64,000 nt of DNA, from positions 11,238 to 75,237 of IMG/VR virus record IMGVR_UViG_3300042197_003319. One strand, written 5' to 3'. The notes under the pieces were generated by a model. The model had not been told where the DNA came from, searched no databases, and saw nothing but the letters and a program-made list of their open reading frames with translations. The stretch is from a virus. Made by a program: the position numbers and the translations under genes. Shown here in pieces: positions 27,500 to 35,766 of this stretch; position 1 is the stretch's first letter, and each line of letters opens with the position of its first letter.

Positions 27500-27517
27500 T
27501 CTGTTCATTAGAACAGA
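27500..27517. promoter_or_regulatory. palindrome matching the Verrucomicrobia LexA box TGTTC-N4-GAACA
   Basis: TCTGTTCATTAGAACAGA upstream of the 27545-rIIA-rIIB operon. Confidence 0.4.
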
Positions 27518-27544
27518 CAACCAATTAACCCAAAGGAGGATACT

Positions 27545-27868
27545 ATGTCTCATATCACCACTCCTACCCGTGAGCAGATCGACTTGTTCGGCGATGCCAC
27601 GGACAGGAAAAATCAGGCGGACAAGGTGCGTAACGCCGTGTACCCGCTGTTCAAATTGAGTTACGAGTCCGATCGGATGGCCCTTTTCCTCGGGGAAAAG
27701 TGGCAGGTCCGGGCGTATGACACTTCGAGGTCTTCGCTGGACGTGCACAAGCTGATCGAAACGCTGGCTGCCATGGGCGTGGATTCGCCCGCGCAGCTGG
27801 TGGACGGCTGCTATGCCAAGCAAACCTACCCTTCATTCCGGGCAACCCCCATTCCGGTGCTTGCCTAG
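27545..27868 (+). CDS. hypothetical protein preceding rIIA
   Basis: AAGGAGG SD. Confidence 0.65.
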   Translation: MSHITTPTREQIDLFGDATDRKNQADKVRNAVYPLFKLSYESDRMALFLGEKWQVRAYDTSRSSLDVHKLIETLAAMGVDSPAQLVDGCYAKQTYPSFRATPIPVLA

Positions 27869-30091
27869 ATGATTACCACTACTGACAGGCCGACGCCAAC
27901 AGTCGTCGGTGCCAAGTCGGAGGTCGGTTTCACCATCGACCCCCGCAACCTTGCCCACGTTGTCAGTCTGTTGCGCGACGCTTACTCCGACCCGATCACT
28001 GCGGTGCTTCGCGAGTATTCCGTCAACGCGGCCGACGCGCACGTCGAGGCGGGTATTCCCAACAAGCCGATCAGGGTCACCCTGCCCGGCAGGTTGGAGC
28101 CGGTGCTCAAGATCCGCGACTTCGGTCGTGGCCTTACGCCGGAACAGATCGAGAGTTTGTTCTGCTCGTATGGCGCTTCCAGCAAGCGCACCAGCAACGA
28201 CTACACCGGTTGCCTTGGCATCGGCTGCAAATCGGCCTTTGCCATCACCGACTCCTTCACCGTCACCACCTTCCACGGTGGCCGGGCAAGGTCGTACAGT
28301 TGCTTTCTTGACGAGAGCGAAGTCGGCAAGGCCGTCCTGCTGAGCGACAAGCCCAGCAACGAGACGGGCGTGCTGGTCAGTATCCCGGTCAAGAAGGACG
28401 ACATCGGCACGGTTGAGAACAAGGCCATTGAGGTATACAAGTACTTCAAGATCCGGCCTGAGTTCGAAAACCTCGGCAACTCCCGCCTGCAGGAGATCAC
28501 CCGACCCGCGTATCTTTACCGGACAGACGGCGTTGGTCTTCGCAACGGCAATTCCTGGCGCAACGACGACAGCAACATTGTGATGGGCAACATTGCCTAT
28601 CCGATCAAGATTGACGAGTTGGGCCACGATAAGATCCAGGAAATCCTTAACTACACCGCGTTTGACATCGAAGTCCCCATCGGTGCGGTCGACATCGCTC
28701 CGTCCCGTGAGGAACTCAAGTACAACGCCAGGACCAAGAAAGCCGTGCTCGAGGCGGTCAAGGACGCGTTCAAGCGTATCGGCAAGAGCGCGGCCGACGA
28801 CATTGCCAAAAGCAACGACCTGTTTTCGGCCATCAAGATCTTCAAGGCCTGCTTCCAGCGCCACAAGCTGGACGGCTACCTTCGCGGTCTTGGCCACAAG
28901 CCGGTCTACAAAGGCAAGGAGCTGACGTCCTGCGACATCAAGCTCTACGACAAGGAAGAGGAAGCCAAGCAACACGGCTTTGCCGTTCGTCGCCTGGTCA
29001 AGCTCAACACTATTCGGCGTGGTAAGTCCTATCAGTTCAGTGAGACCAACACCATGGAGATCGGCCTGGATGACAAGCTGTATCACGACACCTCATCCAA
29101 CCAGATGGAGTTCTACGGCAGGGTCCGGACGTTGTTGTCCGATCCCCACTTCAGGTCCGCGTACGTGTTCAAGACACGCAACGGGGGCATGGATTATCTC
29201 CGCAACAAGCAACCCTTGTTGAACGAGATGACGTTCGATGACTTTACAGCCATCGATATCACACCTCCGGAGAAAACGGACACAAACGTCCGTGGTCCGA
29301 TCAACAACGCCAAGCACTCGATGCAGGTCTTCAAGCTCAAGCCTGACGACAAGCTCAGCGAGTGGCAAAGGCATCAGTCCGAGCATTGGCTTCCAGCCAG
29401 CATCGATCTTAAGAACGACAGCGGCGTGTATTTCGCCATTGATCGTTTCCAGATCACCACGGAATCCAACTCGCGGGACGTCAGCGATTACGTGGAGAGG
29501 ATCAAGCTTCTTCGGAGGTTCGGCTACAAAGGCGAGCTATACGGCTTCAAGCCTGCTGTGGTCGAACGGCTGAAGAAATCCAAAAGCACCAATTGGGTCC
29601 TGTTTCACGATAAATTCCGAGAGCTCTGGGAAGCCAGGGTTGCTCCTTATCGCGAAGCCATGGACAACCACTTGAATTACCTGATGCACATCAACGATCG
29701 CAATGGCGATCGGGAAATCATTGATGTCCTTCACAAGGAAACCTTTGCCGAAGGAACCGTGGCTTCCATGTACAAAGACGCGTTGGATCGATGTGTCGCC
29801 AATCCACCAGGCGTGGATCTGGCCAAGGAAGCCAAGTTGATCGACGGCAACATGTGGTTGTTGCCCAAGCTCAAGCCGACCATTGACCTGGACGGCCTGT
29901 GCAAGCTGTTCGATGAGCGGTACCCGATGGTCATGTTTTGGTCTCTTGATGGCGGCAGCTACGAATCTGCCACCATAAAGGCCAGAAATACCCGGAACTC
30001 CAAGTTGTTGGCCGACTACTTGAAGTTGGTCGATGCCAATGACGCAGTCATTTCAACCTCAACAACAAAAAGAAAGGATAAAGGTGAGTAA
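27869..30091 (+). CDS. rIIA: rIIA-like protein (GHKL/Hsp90-type ATPase N-terminus)
   Basis: YSDPITAVLREYSVNAADAH, IRDFGRGL, YGASSKRTSNDYTGCLGIGCKSAFA, DIAPSREEL. Confidence 0.85.
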   Translation: MITTTDRPTPTVVGAKSEVGFTIDPRNLAHVVSLLRDAYSDPITAVLREYSVNAADAHVEAGIPNKPIRVTLPGRLEPVLKIRDFGRGLTPEQIESLFCSYGASSKRTSNDYTGCLGIGCKSAFAITDSFTVTTFHGGRARSYSCFLDESEVGKAVLLSDKPSNETGVLVSIPVKKDDIGTVENKAIEVYKYFKIRPEFENLGNSRLQEITRPAYLYRTDGVGLRNGNSWRNDDSNIVMGNIAYPIKIDELGHDKIQEILNYTAFDIEVPIGAVDIAPSREELKYNARTKKAVLEAVKDAFKRIGKSAADDIAKSNDLFSAIKIFKACFQRHKLDGYLRGLGHKPVYKGKELTSCDIKLYDKEEEAKQHGFAVRRLVKLNTIRRGKSYQFSETNTMEIGLDDKLYHDTSSNQMEFYGRVRTLLSDPHFRSAYVFKTRNGGMDYLRNKQPLLNEMTFDDFTAIDITPPEKTDTNVRGPINNAKHSMQVFKLKPDDKLSEWQRHQSEHWLPASIDLKNDSGVYFAIDRFQITTESNSRDVSDYVERIKLLRRFGYKGELYGFKPAVVERLKKSKSTNWVLFHDKFRELWEARVAPYREAMDNHLNYLMHINDRNGDREIIDVLHKETFAEGTVASMYKDALDRCVANPPGVDLAKEAKLIDGNMWLLPKLKPTIDLDGLCKLFDERYPMVMFWSLDGGSYESATIKARNTRNSKLLADYLKLVDANDAVISTSTTKRKDKGE

Positions 30092-30869
30092 CAACATAGC
30101 CTACAACATCAACCAAAACTCCCTCGTCGCCCTGATTGACGGCGAGGCGTACACAATACCGAAGTCGCATCCCAAGTTCGCGGACATCGCGGAAGCCTTG
30201 CGGAACGAGCTGACGCAGGACGAAATCCTGCCCCTCTTCCAGACGGCCAAGCAGGTCGCGGACTACACGGAAGGGTCGATCGAGGTTCGTGGTGGCAAAG
30301 TCTTCTTTGCCGGCGAGGAAGTCGGCGGCGCTGTCGTCGACCGCATCCTCGAGTTCATGTCGGAAAAGCTGCCCCACAGGCCGCTGGTCCGATTCCTTGA
30401 GCGTCTGATGCGGAACCCGTCGTTCCGCAGCCGCGAGCAGCTCTACTCGTTCCTGGAGCACAAAAACCTGCCAATCACTCCCGACGGCAAGTTCCTGGCC
30501 TACAAGTCGGTGTCGGCGGAGTACATGGATCATCACTCGGGCAAGATCTCCAATAAGGTCGGCTCGGTGATCACCATGCCGCGTCACCGCATCTCGGACG
30601 ACCCGAGCATCGGATGCCACACCGGCCTCCATGTCGGCGCGCTCGAGTACGCACGGGACTTCGGCGGAAGCGACCGCAAGGTCGTCATCTGCGAGATTGA
30701 TCCCGAGCACGTGGTCAGCGTTCCGCTTGACTGCGACTGCCAGAAGATGCGCGTCTGTCAGTACCGCGTGGTCGACAACTACAAGGGTCCGTTGGACCGG
30801 CCCATCGTCGATGATTACACCGACGACGAAGAGTCCTACGACCCGGACGAAGTAACCTCAACCTACTAA
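30084..30869 (+). CDS. rIIB: rIIB-like protein
   Basis: FLERLMRNPS..SREQLYSFL, PITPDG.FLAYKSV, C..GLHVG, IDP..VVSVP.D...KMRVC.Y; directly follows rIIA. Confidence 0.85.
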   Translation: MSNNIAYNINQNSLVALIDGEAYTIPKSHPKFADIAEALRNELTQDEILPLFQTAKQVADYTEGSIEVRGGKVFFAGEEVGGAVVDRILEFMSEKLPHRPLVRFLERLMRNPSFRSREQLYSFLEHKNLPITPDGKFLAYKSVSAEYMDHHSGKISNKVGSVITMPRHRISDDPSIGCHTGLHVGALEYARDFGGSDRKVVICEIDPEHVVSVPLDCDCQKMRVCQYRVVDNYKGPLDRPIVDDYTDDEESYDPDEVTSTY

Positions 30870-30880
30870 AGAAAGGCGAT

Positions 30881-30918
30881 TGGTCCCGGGGGTTCATTCC
30901 CCCGGGGCCGTCATTTTT
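30881..30918 (+). terminator. GC-rich hairpin/terminator after rIIB
   Basis: GGTCCCGGGGG-loop-CCCCCGGGGCC followed by TCATTTTT. Confidence 0.55.
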
Positions 30919-31104
30919 ATGCTTATCAATATCACCCACACCAAACGCATAGCTCTCGAGTATTCGCAGAAGCTACGCAACGGAAAATTTACCCGTGTTT
31001 CCAAAGCCTTTCTTGAGGACCTGGACCGCACGGTCAAACGAGAACTAGAACACAAAATTAGAACCCACCCCAGCAAGGGTAAAACCTTGATGGGAGGGCA
31101 ATAA
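30919..31104 (+). CDS. putative histone-fold-like small basic protein
   Basis: 61 aa: LINITHTKRIA (alpha1), TRVS (L1), long helix, GKTL (L2). Confidence 0.45.
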   Translation: MLINITHTKRIALEYSQKLRNGKFTRVSKAFLEDLDRTVKRELEHKIRTHPSKGKTLMGGQ

Positions 31105-31115
31105 GAAAGGAGTTT

Positions 31116-31466
31116 ATGTTACAACAGACAACCAACCCACCGCTCGAAGTTGTGTGGGAGAAGGGCATTCTTGCCAGCCGGTTTGGCGCCAAGACTGTCC
31201 AAAAGTCCAGCACCCACAGCTTCCCGCTCAACCACGCAACCGTCAGGACCTACCGTCTTCACGACGGTCACAACGCAAGTGTCGGGATCTACTACGATCG
31301 CGAGATTAAGGATCAGGGCCGCCGTCGCTGCGTGGCCAGCCTTTATTTCAACGATAAAGGAGAAGCCAGGGTCAACTTCAATGGCAACCTTGTGTACGAG
31401 GACTTGCAGGATATGGCTCGTTGCGTCCAGCACGTCCGGGATCAACTAGGGTCGCTCAAGTCTTGA
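31116..31466 (+). CDS. hypothetical protein
   Basis: AAGGAG SD. Confidence 0.6.
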   Translation: MLQQTTNPPLEVVWEKGILASRFGAKTVQKSSTHSFPLNHATVRTYRLHDGHNASVGIYYDREIKDQGRRRCVASLYFNDKGEARVNFNGNLVYEDLQDMARCVQHVRDQLGSLKS

Positions 31467-31472
31467 CTGTTT

Positions 31473-32249
31473 ATGGTCAATACTGCTTTAGCTGATTCGT
31501 TCTTTGACACGCTTACTCCAGAGGCGGTCAAGGATCAGACGGATTACTGGGAGAAGCTGGCGCCACAATCGCTCGACGACATGTTTCGGCGCTGGCTGTT
31601 TGCCTTCACCTCCATCCACACAAGCTGGAAAGGCAACGTGTACGGGTACGAAGCCCTCAAGGACTTTCTGCCCTGGAAGTGGAACAAACCCGAGCTGAAC
31701 AAACGTCTTCGGAACTGCGGCTGTGGCATGTACCAGAACCGCACCGAATACATCTGGGACTTCAGCCGCAAGTTCTGGGACAAGCCAACGGACTACTTTC
31801 CGCAGGCCGGAGAGCCGTGGCGTGCGTACCGGGACCGGCTGGTCGAGCAGAACCGTGGCATCGGCATCGCCAAGGTCAGTTATGTCCTTGAGCTGTGTTA
31901 CCCGATGACCGCGCAGGTCCTGTGCGGCGACATCCATCAATGCCGCCTGTACGGGGTCAACCGAAACCTGACCGGCAACGGTCCGGACAAACACGCATAC
32001 GAAACGATGGAGTATCACTGGGTCAAACGCAGCCGCGAGAAAGGCGTCAGCGCACCCGTGGCACGCCAGTCGTTCTGGAACAACCTTAAACAAAAAGCGA
32101 ATTCCCGCTTTTGGAGCTGGGTATTCGAACCGGAGGATATGAAGAAAGAACTAGACGCAAAAGAAGCAGCCATCGCCGAAGGCGAACGGCGCGAGATCGA
32201 GGAGCCCTTGTTTGTATGGGGCGAACAAAATGAGAAAGCCAGCGCCTAA
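31473..32249 (+). CDS. HhH-GPD superfamily DNA glycosylase-like protein (Ogg-like)
   Basis: HhH motif NRGIGIAKVSY followed by VLCGDIHQCRL (catalytic Asp, DxH). Confidence 0.7.
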   Translation: MVNTALADSFFDTLTPEAVKDQTDYWEKLAPQSLDDMFRRWLFAFTSIHTSWKGNVYGYEALKDFLPWKWNKPELNKRLRNCGCGMYQNRTEYIWDFSRKFWDKPTDYFPQAGEPWRAYRDRLVEQNRGIGIAKVSYVLELCYPMTAQVLCGDIHQCRLYGVNRNLTGNGPDKHAYETMEYHWVKRSREKGVSAPVARQSFWNNLKQKANSRFWSWVFEPEDMKKELDAKEAAIAEGERREIEEPLFVWGEQNEKASA

Positions 32250-32481
32250 ACGTTGGTTTCTCCATTACAACAAACCCGAAAGCCGAAAGGCTGGACGCAA
32301 CGTCCTCACACTTCACTGGGACAAGGCCTGCCACATGGTCAATCACTTCGTCACGGTGAACGTTGATTCGGAATCACACGAAAATCAAAGACAACCCCGC
32401 TGTGTCATCCGCGGCTTTGCAAAGAGCGTGCGCTTTTTGAAAGCCGACGGTCTTGTCACGGCAGTTATTTCAGGAGTTTAA
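32230..32481 (+). CDS. conserved hypothetical phage protein
   Basis: HYNKP.S...TLH...C.....QP..VIRG motif. Confidence 0.6.
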   Translation: MRKPAPKRWFLHYNKPESRKAGRNVLTLHWDKACHMVNHFVTVNVDSESHENQRQPRCVIRGFAKSVRFLKADGLVTAVISGV

Positions 32482-32482
32482 C

Positions 32483-33292
32483 ATGATCCACACACCTCTC
32501 ACTAACGACGAGATTCGCAGGCTTGCCCCTGCGGCCTTCGCCACCAAACCCAGCCCGAAGGTATCCAACCGCTACGGGTTCATCAGCACAGCCGAAGTTC
32601 TCGACGGGCTTCGCAACCACGGTTGGGTGCCGGTTCGCGCTCGCCAGTCCTACACCAGGATTGCGGAGAACGTTCCGTTTACCCGGCACGAGATTGTTTT
32701 TCGCCGGCCAGACGAAAAACCGACTGTTGAGTTAGGCGATCTCCTCACCGAGACACGCCTGATAAACAGTCACGGAACAGAATCCTGCTATCACACGGTA
32801 GGCGGTCTTTACCGTCTGGCGTGCAAAAACGGGGCCGTTGCAAGCGCAGGCTCGGAGTTCTGGGTCCGTGTTCGGCACACTATTCATTCCGTTGAAGGAG
32901 TGCTCGAAGCGGTTATGCAGGTTGGCGAGAAATTGCCACGGCTTGTGTCCACTGCTGCTGAGTGGTCCAAGATCCAGCTGACCCAAGAGCAGATCATAGC
33001 TTACGGTCAGACGGCGCTTGAGATCCGCTACGGACAAAACCAAGACAAGTGGCCGACCAAGCCTTCCTTTATCGGCAACCACGTCAACCGTCATGCCGAC
33101 GCCGGCAACAACCTTTGGTCGGTATTCAACCGGGTGCAGGAGAACGTCACCCGCAACGGTTCCGTTCCCCGTCATCTGATCGGGCGGACCACACGTCGGA
33201 TGAGCATTCGCTCAGTCAAGTCGATCGACTCCGACCTCAAAATCAACAGCAAGCTTTGGGAAGCAGCGTCTCAACTGGCGCTTGCAGCCTAA
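32483..33292 (+). CDS. DUF932 (DUF945) family protein
   Basis: APAAFA....VSNRY.FIST.EVL..L...GW, LINSHG, GLYRLACKNG, NLWSVFNRVQEN. Confidence 0.9.
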   Translation: MIHTPLTNDEIRRLAPAAFATKPSPKVSNRYGFISTAEVLDGLRNHGWVPVRARQSYTRIAENVPFTRHEIVFRRPDEKPTVELGDLLTETRLINSHGTESCYHTVGGLYRLACKNGAVASAGSEFWVRVRHTIHSVEGVLEAVMQVGEKLPRLVSTAAEWSKIQLTQEQIIAYGQTALEIRYGQNQDKWPTKPSFIGNHVNRHADAGNNLWSVFNRVQENVTRNGSVPRHLIGRTTRRMSIRSVKSIDSDLKINSKLWEAASQLALAA

Positions 33293-33306
33293 GCAGAAAG
33301 GAAATT

Positions 33307-33495
33307 ATGTTACGAAAAGGCAGACCACGTATTCACTGGGACAAACTAACCAGGATCATCCGGCAAAGGGCAAACCTAAGCCAGATGCAGCTCGCAGCGG
33401 CTTTGAAAGTGAGCCAATCATCCATCTCCCTGTGGGAACAGGGGTTGATTGTCCCAACGCGCAAGCTCCAAAGGAAGCTTGAGGCAATTGCTTGA
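33307..33495 (+). CDS. XRE-family (Cro/CI-like) HTH protein
   Basis: IRQRANLSQMQLAAALKVSQSSISLWEQG...P. Confidence 0.85.
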   Translation: MLRKGRPRIHWDKLTRIIRQRANLSQMQLAAALKVSQSSISLWEQGLIVPTRKLQRKLEAIA

Positions 33496-34244
33496 GCGTA
33501 TATTCAGCCCACAATTTGGCGTTCGGCAACGGTAACGCCAAGTTACCGGATGGCATTTATCACTTCAGTTTGTTATCCGGCTACACCTGCCCTGGCGCCC
33601 ACAAGTGCCTTGCCAAAGTCAATCTTCAGACAGGCAAGATCATGGACGGACCCGAGGCAGACATCCGTTGTTACTCGGCAATGATGGAGGCAATGTACCC
33701 GAACCTTCGGGAGCTTCGCCAACACAACACCAAGTTACTCTCCGGCAAAACAAAGCAGGAGATGATCGACTTGATTGACAGGTCATTGCCCGTACACGCC
33801 AGGTTCATCCGTGTGCACATCGGCGGTGACTTCTTCAGCGAGGATTACTTCCTTGCCTGGATGGAAGTTGCCTCGAGACACCCAGGCATAACCTTCTACG
33901 CGTACACCAAGAGCCTGCCCTTCTGGGTTAAGAACATGTCCAAGGTGCCATCCAACTTCATGCTCACGGCAAGCAGGGGCGGATTGCACGATGTCTTGAT
34001 CGACAGCCACGAGCTCCGCTGCGCAGAAATTGTGTTCAGCGAGTCCGAGGCCAACATCAAGGGCTTGGAGATAGACCATGACGACAGTCATGCTTACGGC
34101 AACGACCCAAAGTCGTTTGCCTTGTTAATCCACGGATCGCAGAAAGCCGGCTCTCCAGCTTCCAAAGCGTTATCCGCTTTGCGTAAGTCGGGGTGGACCG
34201 GCTACAGTAACAAGAAGAAGAAAGGAGAACTCCTTGCCGTTTAA
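33492..34244 (+). CDS. GP88-like protein (radical-SAM-related fold)
   Basis: FSL.SGYTCPGA..C...RCYSA, IRVHIGGDFFS..Y..AW, FYAYTKS. Confidence 0.75.
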   Translation: MSVYSAHNLAFGNGNAKLPDGIYHFSLLSGYTCPGAHKCLAKVNLQTGKIMDGPEADIRCYSAMMEAMYPNLRELRQHNTKLLSGKTKQEMIDLIDRSLPVHARFIRVHIGGDFFSEDYFLAWMEVASRHPGITFYAYTKSLPFWVKNMSKVPSNFMLTASRGGLHDVLIDSHELRCAEIVFSESEANIKGLEIDHDDSHAYGNDPKSFALLIHGSQKAGSPASKALSALRKSGWTGYSNKKKKGELLAV

Positions 34245-34551
34245 TTCATCACCCGATCCTGCAGCTAACGAAGGCGGACCTAATCGCGAGCACATGCTAC
34301 GCAAGTTCTCGGATGTGGGTTGGCACGTTAAAGGCAGGTTTTATTACACACCCAAGAAAGGTGTGGGTCTCTCGTACCCGGTGGAATATCAAGCCTTGAT
34401 TGACCCCTGGGGAGAGACAAGACAAGAGCAGATTGTTAACTTGCAAGTCGACCTTCCTAATCAGCTGGCTGAGGAACTACTGACTCCAGTTCGCGACGCC
34501 GCCAAGCTTCACGTATGTGAAGACCTGGCTAAAGCTGAATTGTCAGGTTAA
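34234..34551 (+). CDS. hypothetical protein
   Basis: AAGGAG SD with TTG start. Confidence 0.5.
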   Translation: MPFNSSPDPAANEGGPNREHMLRKFSDVGWHVKGRFYYTPKKGVGLSYPVEYQALIDPWGETRQEQIVNLQVDLPNQLAEELLTPVRDAAKLHVCEDLAKAELSG

Positions 34552-34578
34552 ACTAACAGTTACGGATTGAGTGTGGCG

Positions 34579-34620
34579 CTACCCCGGAAGGTCTATCCCT
34601 TTCGGGGTAGTTTTATTTTT
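34579..34620 (+). terminator. rho-independent terminator ending the early operon
   Basis: CTACCCCGGAAGG-loop-CCTTTCGGGGTAG followed by TTTTATTTTT. Confidence 0.75.
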
Positions 34621-34631
34621 AGAAAGGAAAA

Positions 34632-34907
34632 ATGAAAACAACTATCATACTAACCCTCGCCCTAAGTTCTTTGGCTCACGCCCAAGAGTTAAGGCTGTCA
34701 GCTAACCCTGACCTAATTGGTTCAACCTCAAATGATTACGGACTTTGGGGTGCGCCCGAGTTCATCAACTCGTTTACCAACGATTATGGACCGGTCGGAT
34801 CCCCTGAGTTTGTAACCGGTATCAGCAATGACTACGGGATTGGTCTTGGATTAAAACTTATCCAGCCAAGCTTCGAACTCATCCAGGTGCCGCTCGAGGT
34901 CCCTTAG
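34632..34907 (+). CDS. secreted protein with signal peptide and 3x (S/T)NDYG repeats
   Basis: MKTTIILTLALSSLAHA|Q (AxA cleavage site); SNDYGLWGAPEF, TNDYGPVGSPEF, SNDYGIG. Confidence 0.65.
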   Translation: MKTTIILTLALSSLAHAQELRLSANPDLIGSTSNDYGLWGAPEFINSFTNDYGPVGSPEFVTGISNDYGIGLGLKLIQPSFELIQVPLEVP

Positions 34908-35060
34908 AGTAATTAAATCCTGCGTAGCTGCCCGTGCCAGAAGAAGGATGTCGCAGATCCTGTCTGGCAACCTTCGCAGGTCTGAATCCTCCGGCAGTCC
35001 GTCCCAAAGCGGACTGTCGGGGGGTATCAGGAATTCAGGTTCGCGCGTCTTTTTGCGCAT
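34851..35060 (-). CDS. hypothetical protein
   Basis: Plausible helical protein, but overlaps neighbours on both sides. Confidence 0.35.
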   Translation of the reverse strand: MRKKTREPEFLIPPDSPLWDGLPEDSDLRRLPDRICDILLLARAATQDLITLRDLERHLDEFEAWLDKF

Positions 35061-35365
35061 GCCCCGCAGCCCTTAATGTCAGTCCCCGCAACCATGTCTA
35101 TTGCCGCCGCAATCGGTTGCGCAACCATAGCCACGGCGTCCCCCAAACCAAAACCCTCACACCATTCTTTGCCAGCCCTGTCGCAGATCTGGTCTTGAAT
35201 CATTTGCCCAAGCTTTGTGGTCGGCTCAATCCCAGCGGAAGCTCTCTCCGAAACAACCTGGCCCACTAGATCCTGGTAAGAATCCCCTGTAATTGTCCGC
35301 TTTAACTCGGGGTCGTTGTATAACCACCCCCCAGGAGGAGTTCTTCCAAGTTCTTTTAACCTCAT
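35027..35365 (-). CDS. Cys-motif phage protein (GLGD...CGAC)
   Basis: PPGGW N-terminus; GLGDAVAMVAQPIA..ID...GT..KGCGACAKRR..LN. Confidence 0.6.
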   Translation of the reverse strand: MRLKELGRTPPGGWLYNDPELKRTITGDSYQDLVGQVVSERASAGIEPTTKLGQMIQDQICDRAGKEWCEGFGLGDAVAMVAQPIAAAIDMVAGTDIKGCGACAKRRANLNS

Positions 35366-35411
35366 GTCCAGCCCATCTTGACACATGTTTGTTCAGTTTC
35401 AAGCTGGGTTT

Positions 35412-35636
35412 ATGGCAGACGACACCTACTGGATCGACGGCGAAAGCCGCACATCCCAAAAGCTACTGCGTATTTTTCTGGCCGCTTCAATCATCGACAG
35501 CGGCGGAACCCTAAACGTTTCCCGAAAAGCCTTGGCCGAGCTTTCAGATAAATGCTTAAGCTACCGAGGCTTTCAGATCATTGCCGCCCCGGGGGAAGAC
35601 CATGACATGGACCTTTCGCTCGAATGGCACAAATAA
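35412..35636 (+). CDS. hypothetical protein
   Basis: TTGACA 35378 upstream; plausible composition. Confidence 0.5.
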   Translation: MADDTYWIDGESRTSQKLLRIFLAASIIDSGGTLNVSRKALAELSDKCLSYRGFQIIAAPGEDHDMDLSLEWHK

Positions 35637-35766
35637 TCCTGGCCTTTAAGCTCTTGCTGATTCTTCCCGTTTTTCTTTTTAAACTTTCAATACTTTTAGC
35701 CGCTTACCCAATCGCCAGGCATTACCCCAAGCTTTTCCTTTGGCTCCAAGCCAAATGTCGTTTCTG

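Noticed and set aside
27833-29086. 417-aa antisense ORF (and similar antisense ORFs such as 17327-18259, 7318-8136, 10814-11644 and 56939-57751)
   Set aside because: Shadow frames of well-supported genes, caused by high GC3 or repeat content.
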